Source: Octopus sinensis (lineage: Eukaryota). Taken from it: 64,000 nucleotides of DNA. The notes under the pieces were generated by a model. It saw nothing but the letters and a program-made list of their open reading frames with translations. It ran no database searches and had not been told where the DNA came from. The stretch is taken from the NCBI RefSeq assembly GCF_006345805.1, contig NC_042999.1, positions 145,204,001 through 145,268,000 on the forward strand. Reading direction: 5' to 3'. Below are positions 13,191 through 26,405 of the stretch, one piece after another; within the stretch, counting starts at the first letter, position 1, and each line of letters starts with the position of its first letter. The position numbers and the translations under genes were made by a program.

Positions 13191-14706
13191 CTTACAAATA
13201 AATCGTTTATTGTGTTTCTTTCTTTAAATTTAGTTACATATTCTTTTACGGTTTTGTGCCAGAAAAAATAATCGCGGTCTATGGTGCCAAACAGTTTTGC
13301 CATATTGCTACCTTCCCGATAGCCAGCATACTTGTCTTGAAGATCTGCAGTTACATTTTCCAAAGGAAGCGAGAATTTCGTATAATTAGCATATTCATAA
13401 TAAGCGTAGGAATCACGGTCTTGAATGATATATTGCCAGAGCAATGCAACACTTTCGTTGAGTTTAGTCCAGCTGTGATGGAGCAAAGAACTACGTTCAC
13501 GCAGTTCTTCCATAAATATTTCCAGGTTTATCATATTCAAAACGTGGTTAGGAGAATGCAATATGGCTGCCAAAGATATTTTCGTTACTGATGTGTTCGT
13601 CAAGTATTTAATGATATCCGAAGAGACAGCGAAAACATTTTGTGATGACGTAAGATTTATATGTTTTTGTTCAATTTGGAGACTGGTCAAAGAATTGTTC
13701 ATATCGTTAATAATTTTCCGGATGTTATTCATAGAAGTTTGTAATTTAGCTGCTTTTGATTTGATAATTCCAAGAGCATATTTTGTAGTAAAACTATTGA
13801 AAATACTTTTTATGGAATTAAATGTCTTGGACGTTTGAGTAAATTTGTTTGAGACCTTCGTAAATTTTGTCAAATTAAATCCAGAATCTCTTGTATCCAA
13901 CATATCAGAGAAAATGTACAAACATTCTTTTAAACTAGTTACTGTATTATTAAATTTAATGCTATAATTCGTTTTTGATTGGTTTAATCTGCTGGTTAGT
14001 AACCGCTTAGGAACAGCATAAAAGTTATGACTTCTCGGTACATTAAAATATCTATAACGAAATATACCTACTCCGCTTTTTAACGACTCATAATATTGTG
14101 TAAAGTTGTCTTCCGCCTTTTCGATCATGTTCAATTTGGAGTTAATAGTCATTTTAATACTATGGATTAACATTTCAGAAGCTCGTTGGTTTCCAGAGCT
14201 GTTTATAAATTCATCCAGTTTCAAAAACATATTTTCCAGTGTATAAACGTAATTATAAAAATCAAAACTGACGTGGTGGAACGTCCGTTCAGCTATGGCT
14301 TCCCACGGCCGCTCAAAGTTCTTGTCTATTAAGTACTTCTGATAATTAATCAGGAACAGTTTTGAAGCATACACTTTCTCCATTTTCTTGGAAATATTTT
14401 GAAGAATGGCTAAATTAATTTTAATTGTCATTTCAAGTTTTTCCAGCATCACCGTTCGAAAGGCTACATTTGATGCATTGAGATTTAGGAGCATATTTCG
14501 AAATTCAGAGACTGATCTAGAGTCCATTCTGTGCTTCACTTCTTTAGCATTTATAAGCTTCTGCTTCACGTCAGCCATACGTGGATCCATAATCAATTTA
14601 CTAACTTTATTTTCCGAATGTGCGGTATATGAAATTGAAGGATCGAATAGAAGCATGTTACACGGCAAAGGACAATCGCAATTTAATCGAAAGGAGTAGA
14701 ATTTGT
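13191..14706 (-). CDS. DEG/ENaC exon 8 (1516 nt): end of thumb, beta10 and a ~480-aa extracellular insertion
   Basis: Acceptor ccattttcAG, then (D)KFYSFRLNCDCPLPCNMLLFDPSISY (the C.C..PC motif), running open into the 493-aa ORF; donor AG|GTAATT just before the ORF stop. An alternative donor at 13195 is possible. No downstream TM2 exon was found in the window. Confidence 0.9.
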
Positions 14707-14938
14707 CTGAAAATGGAAATGAAAACTATAAAATATCAGTCAGCATATATTTGAGATAAAAGACGAAATAGTAGATATGACTAACGCATACACTCTTTCG
14801 GCAAGCATAAATTTCTCTAAATATGGACATAGAGACATCCGTCCATACACACATGTATGCACATACGTATCTACTATATATTATGATTGTTAGTGTGTAA
14901 ATTTGTGTAAGACATACAACTGGGCGAAATATGGTTGG

Positions 14939-14998
<60 letters not shown>

Positions 14999-16145
14999 AA
15001 TTGAATCAGTGGGACAGAAAAAGATATAGTTGCAGAAAGAAAAAATGAGATTGGGGTCAGACAAATTATTCCGAGCTTCGTAGGTTCACTATCCACACAC
15101 ACATATGTGTGTGTGTGTGTGTGTATGTGTATGTCTGTGCACGTGCATCAAGCTACGTGTATGTACGGGTGTATGCATATGTGTGCGTGGATGGTAGTGG
15201 TGATGATGCGTGTGTATATGTGTGTGTGAGAGCGTGTGTGCATACATTCGTATATTTATTAATGGATACATTTGTTATGCGCGTTATAGTGGACAGACAG
15301 ATACCTAAAATCTCACATATGCTATGGTGCCAACTGTGACGATAACCATAACAATAGGATATCAATAAAAATAGCAAACGTCATAGACTATGTCGACCTG
15401 CTGTACTACACAGATTAAACGGATAAATTGCATTAGAGAGGTCTTGTCATATTGTTAGGATCACAAAGTGAGGTTACACTCTTAGATAATACCTATCACA
15501 AAATGATAATAACAACGGTTTCCAATTTCGGCACAAGGCTAGCAATTTTAGTGGAAGGAGTCTAGTCAATCACATCGACCCCTGTACTCAACTTATACTT
15601 ATTTTATCGACCCTGAAAGGATTAAAGGTGAAGTCGATCTCGACAGAATTTGAACACAAACATTTTTGCTTATGGACCCCTAGATTCCTATTTTATTCTA
15701 TTGGATCCCCATAGCCATTCGTTGTTTTAAAAAATCCTACTATATTTCTATAATGAAATATAAAGAATTGTAAGAAGAAAAAAAATGTTAAAATATTCTG
15801 TGTATTGTAAAAGTGTACCCAATTCATTGCACGTAAATTTTAACAATGAAATCTTATGCGGACCCTCATGGGCCATGTGGACCCTGGTTGAGAACTACTG
15901 GTTAGAACGGATGAAATACTACTAAGCACTTTCCCCGGCGTGCTAACGGTTCTGCCAACTCACCGCCTTAACAACAACTACAAAAACAATAAATTATAAA
16001 CAATAATAATAATAATCCTTTCTACTGGAAACTCAAGGTCTCAATTTTTTGTGGGGAGGGCACTAGTTAATTACATCGACCCCAGTACTCAACTGGTACT
16101 TAATTTATGACCCCGAAAAGATGAAAGGCAAAGTCAACCTCGACG

Positions 16146-16176
<31 letters not shown>

Positions 16177-16189
16177 TTCATTAAAGCAG

Positions 16190-17215
16190 TAAATACATGG
16201 GCTGTATCCTTTTTGAAATGGACAATGGTCGAGCTAGAGAACTTGGGCAGAAGAAGTAGAAAGCTGGTAATAATGAACAACGCATACCCCTCTAAAAGTA
16301 ATATCGAGAGATTCTGCCTACCAAGAAAGGAAGCTGAGAATTACTAAACACTGAATGCACTCTTGGTACCGAGATATTGGGTTTGAAAAGATATGATGTG
16401 CGGAGTGAAGAAAGAATGCTATCTGTGGCTGGAGATGCCCCCAAAGTTATTGAAACAGTTAGTGAATTCAAGGAGAGTAGGAAGAATTACAGAACAAGCA
16501 GATAGAAATAAATGGAATTCCATGGAAAGTAAAGAACGTTTGATCTAGCTGACGGATAGAAACCTGAAATGAGAGACTGAAAGGCTAACTACAGCTGCTC
16601 AGGAACAAGCTATTAGGACGAATCTGATAAAGGCAAGAATTGACAGAACCCACTCAGCAAATGTAGAATCTGCAGGAAAGGAGACGTTAGTATCAATCAT
16701 CTCTTGAGCGAGTACAGTTAGCTAGCACAAAAGAGTATAAGCACAGACATGGCTGTGAAAGTAATAGAATGCATTGGGATGTTAGCCTAGTGTGTGGTTT
16801 CGAAATAACTGGAAAGTGACATATATACGAACCGGAGGCTGTCACAGAGAATGAAAATTACAGGATCTTCCTCATAAGATTGACCACACTATTGAAGCAA
16901 GAAGATCAGATTTGATAATATAGGATAATATGAACAAACAGTGTAAGATGTTAGAGTTTGCTATTTCCTACCACAGATTCCATACCAAAGAAATTGAAAA
17001 AAATGGAAAATATCAGGATCTAACCAGAGAACTGAAAAAACTGTGGAAGACCACAATTATTCCTGCAGTAGAAGGTGCATTTGGCATAACACCTAAAGTG
17101 CTACCTAAAAGACTAAAGATATTGGTATCGAGACTCGCATTGTCCATTTGCAGGAAAGTACAATCCAAAATTCTGCAAGAATAGTAAGAAAGATTCTTGA
17201 GGTTTGAAACCACTT
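16190..17215 (+). mobile_element. R4/Dong-type (RLE) LINE 3' fragment
   Basis: Decayed C-terminal restriction-like endonuclease region (...EIEKNGKYQDLTRELKKLWK..IIPAVEGAFG) and YP..NIER..LPRKE-like upstream motif. Confidence 0.7.
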
Positions 17216-18515
17216 GTTGTGAGTGTCTGTCTGTCTACCTGCCCGCCTGCCCACCTGTTTTTCTACCTGCCTGCTGTCTATTTGTCTACTTGCTTGTCTG
17301 TCTGTCTAAATACCTGCCAGTCTCTGTTATTTAATGTAACTTAAGCCAGTACTAAAGCTCATATTGTTTATTATTCTGTTCCTATATTTTTGATAACACG
17401 CCATTTTTGTTATGACAGTTTCTCGCACTGCTACAAACTACAATTAACTTCACCGACGCCTTACCCGTAATCAAAAATACGATCATGTGTGTGTGTATAT
17501 GTGTGTATGAGTGATGGCAGTCGATATCCAATCAAACCACGGAAGCTATATTTTATTGGCCTGCCAATATATATATATATGTATATAATTGTATTTCGGG
17601 AGGGTCATTATGCCAATACAACAAAATTTATTTCAGCAAACGTGTTCACATAAGAATCTTGGACACAGACACACGCTATCATATATATTTACTTTTATGA
17701 TAGATACATGGCTGTATGTTTACGGAAATTAGATTCTACTAGCTGATATACAACTCTGTGCGATAGTCATACGCATAAACATAAATGAGTCTTAAAGCAC
17801 TCAAAGCAACGATTTATATATTCTTACAATGGAGGATGTATACACACAACAGTCACAAACAGACATGTAAAAACACACGTACATATATGCACGTAAGCAA
17901 ATGCATACACAGTTATATTTATATTGATTAATGTAATTACGTAATGCCTATATGTATGTATATATGTATGATGTGCATGTGTGGTGTGTATGTGTGCATG
18001 TATAAGTGTTCCATGTTAGGTAGCTGAAATTTTGCATTGCGGTACATCTTTTCCAGAAGACACTAAGCAACTTTTTCTGAAGAAAAAAAAGGAAAAAAAA
18101 AAGAAAAGAAAAATTAATGCCAGTGTGAAAAAAAGAAAGAAAATTAGTTTATTAGTAATGAAGAATGTTATTCACTGATTAGAATAACAATTCATTTAGA
18201 ACAGTTATGCAAATTTCTACAGAGTTTTAAACAAAACATATTTATGAATAAAAAAATGTGAGATGAAAATTTTATTTTGCGTTCTAAAAATTACCCTCTG
18301 TTATTATTTTGTGCATTATTACATACAAACTTCTGAAATTGTTTGGATTCAGATTTTCAGGGAATCAACATTGACGGGCCACATAAAGACTGTCAGTATA
18401 CTTTAACAGTAATTTGTCCAAAATTAGTGAATTGACGTAATTATATATCATTCAGGTGCAATTAAATACGTGCAAAAAGTGTATAGTGCCAATATAGTGT
18501 GTGTGTGAGTGTGTG

Positions 18516-18549
<34 letters not shown>

Positions 18550-18877
18550 AAGTAGGTACTGTAAATTTAGAGTGAATACTTGATAAGTGTAAGCACCTGT
18601 ATATGCCAGATAGTGGTAGAAGTGAGAGAATATATCAAATATAAATCAAATATAAATATAAAATATAAATATATATAAAGGTTAGCTGTCAGAATCGTTA
18701 GCGCATCGGAGAATATGGTTAGTGGCCTTTCTTCCCACTCTTCACATTCCGAGTTCAAATCCTATCGAGGTGACCTTTACCTTACATCCATTTGGGATTG
18801 ATAGAATTATGTACCAATTGGCGAAATAGAGTTGCCCCTTCCTAAAAATTTGCTCGCATTGTGCCAAAATTAGAAAG

Positions 18878-18908
<31 letters not shown>

Positions 18909-19646
18909 TAATCAATGAAATTCCAACTTAGTCTGATTTTCACGTTTTATTATTTGCAATATTTACGTCGTTTAATCACGTTTACGTGCTTTAAATTTGT
19001 GCTATAAATTGTTAGGTTGCAGTCTTTGTTAGCTTATATTCTTTAATTATTCCATATGTTTACAGTTCAACGTTAATTAGTCTTTAGGTTATTATTTTTC
19101 GTTTTATGTATTGGCAACGTGTGTTTTCAACTATGTTCAATAACTTTTACTCTATATCGCTTGTTCGTTTAATGTCATATGAGATATATGTTTTATGATT
19201 CGTAGACATGCAATGTTCATTTTGATGAATTTACCCTGTTTTCAATATTTTATTATATAATTTTTCTGCTTCGTAGCTAAAGGTGTGTAACAATGTATAT
19301 TTTGAGATTTGATGTTTGTATTTGTAACAATGTGCAGGTGTAGACATAATGCACATTTTGCACTAACGTTTCTGTCCTGCTTCTTGTCTCAGACAGCGTT
19401 TATGTTTTGAACGATGTTGATACTGCAAAATTAAATGGTACTGCCCAGGTGTCGAAACTATAATGATATACATTAGGCAGCTGAAGATGAATGTATACAT
19501 CTGATGTACTTGTTGACTGTCAACGTTATGTTTTCGTGATTCTAGGTTGTCCGTCATTGAAATTGAAGTTCTCGTACGATTAAACTTGTTTAGGGATTAG
19601 TGATTTTGTTGTATATATTACAGGGTTTTCTAGTTTATAGAGATTT

Positions 19647-19703
<57 letters not shown>

Positions 19704-20261
19704 TATATATAAACGATTCTACCAGCTCGCTGGCTGACATTTGGTAAGGATTATTCGAACAAATTACCCATTGGGGTATCTGGATAAATTTAATCGAGAT
19801 GAAGTTTGGTAAATAGGTCAGTAAGGTTTACTAACTGGAGGTACATTTATCTTTTTCGGGTTTTGTACAATTTGTTTCGCGCGCGCGCGTGTGTGTGTGT
19901 GTGTGTGTGCGTGTGTATGCGAGTGTGTGTGTTTATTAAAGGGGTAGGTACGTACTGGATTGGAAGCAAATACTGTAAATGAAGTTTCCAGAAGCTCTGT
20001 TCGAAATTATTTCTTAAGAGCATAGTCAGTGTGCTTTCAATGTATGCGTGCTACACACACATACACGTTGTTCATACACACATACTGTATACTCCATCCA
20101 ACCAACCATCTATAAATACACACACACACACACACACATATATGTGTGTGTGTGTGTGTGTGTCTATAGGTGTTTGAATACATATAAATCCAATGGATAG
20201 TTGGGAAGATAGCTTCATTTTCTCAGACACATAAAATTGAATCGAACCCCAAAGCGTTTCT

Positions 20262-20457
20262 TTTATCTTTTACTTGTGTCAGTCATTGGACTGCAGCCAA
20301 CGAAGGGATTAATAGAAGAAATCGACCCCGATACTTATTAATTTTTGTAAAGCCTGGTAATTATTCTATCGTTACTTTTTGCCGAACCGTTAAGTAATGG
20401 GGGAATAAAGAAAACACCAGTTGTCGAGTGGTGGTGGTGGATATACACACACACACT

Positions 20458-20503
<46 letters not shown>

Positions 20504-20660
20504 ACGAACTTCTTTCAGTTTTACATCTACTAAACCTACTCACAAGGCTTTGATCGGCCCGGGGCTATAGTAGATTATATTTGCTCAAGGTGTCACGTAG
20601 TGGAACTGAACTTGGAACCATGTGCTTGGAAATCAAGCTTCTTGCCATACATCCACACCA
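20262..20660 (-). mobile_element. SINE family B copy
   Basis: Reverse-complement homology to 671-1260. Confidence 0.8.
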
Positions 20661-20733
20661 GGAAAAATAATGAAACTGGTAGGGTTATAGAACTGTAATT
20701 AGAGACAGCTAAGGAATATTTGAATTGACTTAC

Positions 20734-20790
20734 CCCTTTGTGGGATGTAGCAGGTTATGAAACTAACCAGTGAACAAAGAGGTACTGAAT
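20734..20790 (-). CDS. DEG/ENaC exon 7 (57 nt): thumb, second part
   Basis: (D)SVPLCSLVSFITCYIPQR; acceptor tctatttcAG, donor G|GTAAGT; phase 1/1; supplies the two thumb Cys otherwise missing. Confidence 0.9.
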
Positions 20791-20906
20791 CTGAAATAGA
20801 GTCATCAAAGATGGTGAGAGGATTAACTCAACAAACAAAATATTATTAGACTATTATTATTATTTTCAACGATACATACATTACATACATACATACGTAC
20901 GTACGT

Positions 20907-21165
20907 ATGTGTTTATGTATTTATTTATATATACAAAATTATATGTATTTATTTACATATGTATTTATGTATTTATTTATATATACAAAATTATATGTAT
21001 TTATTTACATATGTATTTATGTATTTATTTATATATACAAAATTATATGTATTATTTACATATGTATTTATGTATTTATTTATATACAAAATTATATGTA
21101 TTTATTTACATATGTATTTATGTATTTATTTATATATACAAAATTATATGTATTTATTTATATGT
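20907..21165. repeat. About 5 copies of a 52-bp AT-rich minisatellite
   Basis: Unit ATGTATTTATGTATTTATTTATATATACAAAATTATATGTATTTATTTACAT. Confidence 0.85.
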
Positions 21166-21216
21166 TCAAAATAAACGACGAGAATAAAAAACAGAAGATA
21201 AAGTGAAAACAAGGTA

Positions 21217-23374
21217 CCGTGAAATGGGGTTACTTTGAACAGAATATAGTATTTTATTTCGTCTTATTGCTTGTTACTAAAATGTCTTACAGAAGTGTTT
21301 AAATGTGGTGTTAAACTTTAGAATTACATTTCTATGATAGTATAATTTCAATACATAAAGTAAAATTTGTAAATATAACTTTGATTATCCACCCGAAGAA
21401 AGAATTTGTCTACTTCTTCAAATTCCAGCAAAACAAACATTTTTGCAATATATGAAAACTTTTGTCTGTAGCTAAAGCATTTCTTGCATAAAATATACGA
21501 GCTTTTGTTAAAATATAATGTTAATATAACTAGTTAAAAATTTTCTATTGAAGTGTTTTTATAACTTTGGTATCTTTGTAAAAACTTATATGACATGTTA
21601 CCCCACTTTGCTTATCCAGCTGCTACTACGGTTCAAACTAATAGAAGTGCCAAATATAAGTTAAGTATTTAAGATTTTTAAATGTTTTCCCTATTTATGG
21701 ACAATATTTCACCCTTAGAATTAATGAGGTGTAACCCCAAATTTATGATTTTTTTTATTATCGCTTGATAACCAGAATTAGTTTTTCTTTCTGTTGCAAA
21801 GTTTATTTCTTTAAACCATAATCTGTTTTTTTTTAAGGGTCAACTTGTAGTTTGGATCGAGATTAGCATTAACCAAATAGTTATGCCAAAATTTATAATA
21901 GAAAACCTGGCTCTCGAAGCTATAAATCCTATAGCCAAAAGAGTCTGGATAAAGCAGTGACAGATGTTAAAGCAAAGAAAATTATCCTTCGAAAAGTCAA
22001 TGTTGTTTATAAAATTCCAGTCGGAACTCTGAGCCATAGACTGAACCATAAGCATAGGAGGCAACCTGGTCACCCTTCAGTGTTCAGAGAAAAAGAAGAC
22101 GCAGCGTTTGTTGCTCACATTATAGCTGTTGCAGAATGGGAATTTCCATTTGATGCTATGGATTTGAGAGTGCTTACCCATAATTATATCACAGCTCAAG
22201 GTCGCACAGTAACGCAATTTAAAATCAATTTTCCTTCAGCTGAATGGGCTAATTTATTTTTATAGCGAAAGAATTCCCAGTTAGTATCACGCCTGTGCCA
22301 AAATATCAAAAGTTCCAGAGCATGTTTAAGTGCTACAGAAGTATCCTCGTACTTCCAGCACTTAAAAGCGACTCTTATATTTGATGGAAAACTTATCTCT
22401 CCAAATAACATATTCAACTATGACGAGACTAACTTGTCAGACGATCCGGGAGTGAAATAAATGCTTGTTTAAACGGAGAGTCAAACATCCAGAAAGAATA
22501 AAAAACACTTCCAAAGCAGCAATATCAATTATGTATTGCGGCTCTGCATCGGACCAGTTAATGCCTTGCTATGTTGTTTACAAAGCGGAAAATTTATGGT
22601 CAACAGGAACTGAGAGAGCACCAAAAGGGACTCGGTTTAAGCGACGTAGTAGTGGATGGTTTGACGCATGTTGCTTTACCGACTGGTTCGAATCGTGTTT
22701 GCTCCACAAGTCAAAGGAATTCCTGGAAGAAAAGTTGTTATTGGTGTTAACTTAAGCAGCCATTTTACAGAAAAGATGATGAAGCTTGCCAAAGAAAACA
22801 ACATTGCTCTTGTATGCCTACCATCTGATTCCACACATATGCTTCAACCACTTGATGTGGCATTCTATGGGTCTCTTAAAAAAAGTTGGAGAAAAATCTT
22901 AAATGATTGGAAGGCTTATGACAGGAAGAGCTCAAAGACCTTAAATGAAGATGCTTTTCCTGCTCTGCTCACACAGCTTCATGCTGATCTTTTTCATGAC
23001 GGTGTCACCCATAGCAGGTATCTAGAAAGTGGGTTCATGAAATGTGGAATTCACCCGTCACATCCAGACAAAGTTTTGGATCAGCTACCAGACCATGAAG
23101 TGAGCAAAGAAGACGATGAAGTCATCAATGTAAGAGTTGAATATAAGTAAAAAAGCATTACTGTTCAAAGTAACCCCAAATCAGGCGTTACTTTGAACAG
23201 CGACAATTATATTAAAAAATAATCAAATATTGACTGCAATTTATTCTTCTTTCATATATCAGTTTACCTACTTATTCTCCCTAACATAGTCCAATTTAGT
23301 TAAGATTGATATAAAGGTTATGAAATTATTGCAATAAAAAGTCTAAAACTGTTTAAAGTAACCCCGTTTCACGG
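21217..23374 (+). mobile_element. pogo/Tigger-type (Tc1/mariner, DDE_1) DNA transposon, decayed
   Basis: TIRs CCGTGAAATGGGGTTACTTT / AAAGTAACCCCGTTTCACGG with a TA duplication. HTH (IPVGTLSHRL), NYDETNL, SSGWFD...F..WF and LP..STH.LQPLDV..YG.LKK motifs, broken by stops and frameshifts. Confidence 0.9.
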
Positions 23375-24699
23375 TATATAAACTAATATCTATCTGAATA
23401 TATCTAGGATGTGTTTGTGTGTGTGTGTACGGATGTGTGTGTAATACATGACGTAGTACAGAATAAAGCTATAGACTTTTTTGCCAATAATATATAATAT
23501 TCAGACTGATGTAAACAACTTGTCTGTTATACATATACTTATGCCCCAAATGGGGGTCAACGATACTAGTTTTGACCCGCTTTTTTGTGATCTCATTTTC
23601 GAACGCATACCCTATTTAACTGTCCATAGATACATTGTTTATAAAGTGAGAACGTGTGCTTCAGAAAGTCGCATCAATCGACTTCTTAGTGGCTAGTTCG
23701 AGTAATGAATTATTGACATGCCAGCTGTATTTCGGCACGATACTACACTATGCTACAGCATAAAATAAAGCAATTTGAACCGTAGAGTTATAACAAAACG
23801 CTGTTAATGCGTGCGTCCGTCATCTCATAATTGAACTAGAACTAGGTGTGAAAGGATGCGTTAATTTACGCAAATGGGACAAATGGTATACCTACCACTA
23901 CACACATATAATGCGTGTGAATATTGTACGCGTGTACGTATACGAAGATGGTTCTTTCAATTTACTCTTCGTTTCCCCAAATGTGTAGGAATCTATGTAT
24001 GGTCCATATACTGCTTCCTTGTCTTTGTGTATGTGTGTAATTGTATATAAACATTCCCGCACATACATGCACGAATACTTGCGTATATTTATGTTTTCAT
24101 ATAGATGGTTCACATACTTGAATATGTATTTATTGTGTAGATCATTGTTTTGTATTTCCAGTTCTTCTTTTCCTTTATATTCATTGATTCGGTTATAAAA
24201 GTAATTATTTCAGCTCAGCAATATATACTGTATCGTTTCTATATATACTGTATCTTTTCTATAGTAGACCAACTTTTCAATAAACAAGTTTCTTTCACCG
24301 TAATGCTTCTTATATTTTTCAATCCCTTTTGTTCATTAAATAACCACCGTTTGTAAAATAGAATAGTTTATATTTAGTCTGGATTCTATAAAGCACCACG
24401 AAATGAAGACATTTTTCTTTCCTTTGTTAAAGAAGAATAATCTCTTTTATTGTTACCTTTCAGCGATTGTGTTCCAAGTAGTTCAAATAATTCAGTATTT
24501 AAATATTTCACGAAAACTATCTAGTTAATATTTAATTCTATTAAATACGATACCATTCGCATGGTATCGTAATGATACATTTAACTATCGTAAATGATTT
24601 AGTTGTTTGATTTCAAGACTTACTTTGCTACGAAAGCTTGTAATTCGTCGTTTGATGTAGTACACAAAGTCTTGAAAGTATTGCGGCCAAAATGGAAAC

Positions 24700-24700
24700 G

Positions 24701-24735
<35 letters not shown>

Positions 24736-24796
24736 CATTATTATTATTAGTATCATTATTATTAGTATCATTATTATTATTATTATCATTATTATT

Positions 24797-24838
<42 letters not shown>
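24700..24838. repeat. (ATT/ATC)n microsatellite
   Basis: Read directly; source of the poly-Asn, poly-Leu and poly-Ile pseudo-ORFs. Confidence 0.95.
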
Positions 24839-24840
<2 letters not shown>

Positions 24841-25050
24841 GGCGGCGAGCTGGCATAATAGTTAGCATGCCGGGCGAAATACTTCTCGGTATTTCGTCCG
24901 TCTTCATGTTCTAAGTTCAAATTCCGCCGAGGTCGACTTTACCCTTCATCCTTTCGGGGTCGATAAATTAAGTAGCAATGAAACACTGGGGTTGATGTGA
25001 TCGTCTGGTCCCATCCCCCAAAAGTTCAGGCTTTATACCTACAGTAGAAA
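24838..25050 (+). mobile_element. Octopus-type SINE, family A
   Basis: AAGGCGGCGAGCTGGC...GTTCAAATTCCGCCGAGGTCGACTTT...GGGGTCGATAAATTAAGTA; further + copies at about 8090, 18680, 32873, 36312, 37700, 50848 and 52375. Confidence 0.85.
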
Positions 25051-25924
25051 TGATTACTATTGTGTTTATTACAATCATTGACTTTTATACCAGTGCACTC
25101 TTATTAACTTCATCATAATTTCGTGTACTGCTACAGCCATATATTGAATATATAAATTTCAGAAAGGATAAGTCATGCGTTAGTTATTTATTTCCATTTC
25201 ACTACTTTCCTTTAATCTGTTTTTGAAGACAATTTCTTTATAAGGCTTTAATATTTCGGTTTCCAAACCATTTTGGAAGAAACGCTATCTCAAGTTACCT
25301 TATTATTAACGCATAACTCTCCTTATATCACCGATCGTACTACAATCAATGGATCTTAGTGATTTCATTGATCATAGTTATACCAATATCTTTTGAATTT
25401 CAGATTTGATTAAGAATTAATGTATTGATAACTGACCCAATTGCTATCTGATGAAAAAGTCAACTATAATTTTTTTTTAATTCTCTACTATTAAACAGAA
25501 TTTTTTCTTTAGTGACATCAAGACTCACTTCCGTTTTCCTCTACGCATCACCACTGAAATGTCTGGTCTCGTGTCTGTTATCAGTCAGAAAATTGAATGC
25601 TAATATACATTCAGAATCGGTTCTGTGTCGGCCAACATGCTCTATAATATTTACGAAATATTAAAGCCTTATAAAGAAATTGTCTTCAAAAACAGATTAA
25701 AGGAAAGTAGTGAAATGGAAATAAATAACTAACGCATGACTTATCCTTTCTGAAATTCACATATTCAATATATGGCTGTAGCAGTACACGAAATTATGAT
25801 GAAGTTAATAAGAGTGCACTGGTATAAAAGTCAATGTTTGTAATAAACACAATAGTAATCCTTTCTACTGTAGGTACAAGGCCTAAACTTTTGGGGGATG
25901 GGACCAGACGATCACATCAACCCC
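24988..25924. repeat. 271-bp inverted duplication (24988-25258 / 25654-25924), 395-bp spacer
   Basis: Arms aligned by eye with only a handful of substitutions; they include a SINE tail plus unique sequence. Confidence 0.95.
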
Positions 25925-26194
25925 TTTACGACCACAGTTCAAATCACTCCGGATCGATTGTGCGTTTTATATCCCTGATTGGCATCAATAAAATAAGTAC
26001 TGTATAAGAAACTGAATCGATGTTTAGTATATTACTGGTACTTATCAATCCCCATGAGGGATAAAAGATAAAGTCGATCCGGAGTGATTTGAACTGATTG
26101 TAAAGGGGAATAACCAAATATTACAGAGCATTTTGTCCGGCATACAACCAACTCTCTATGTATGCTAACATTCAATTTTCTGATTGATATTGAT

Positions 26195-26405
26195 TTCAAA
26201 TTTTGGCACAAGGTCAGCAATTTCGGAGGAGGGAATAAATCGGTTACATTGACCCTAGTACTCAACTGGTACTTATTTTATTGCCTCCGAAAGGATGAAA
26301 GGCAAAGTCGTCCTCGGTGGCATTTGAACTCAGAACGTGAACACGGACGAAATGCTGCTAAGCATTTTTCCTCGCATGCTAACGATTTGGTCAGCTCACC
26401 GCCTT
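26195..26405 (-). mobile_element. SINE family A copy, reverse orientation
   Basis: Reverse complement of the family A consensus; partial reverse copies also at about 15510, 16000, 26450, 45900, 49705 and 57490. Confidence 0.85.

Noticed and set aside
13256-14699. Plus-strand ORFs overlapping the giant exon
   Set aside because: Antisense shadows of the real minus-strand frame, with no recognisable motifs.
18990-19620. Possible Penelope GIY-YIG remnant on the minus strand
   Set aside because: Only a vague C..C pattern in broken frames; not enough to call.
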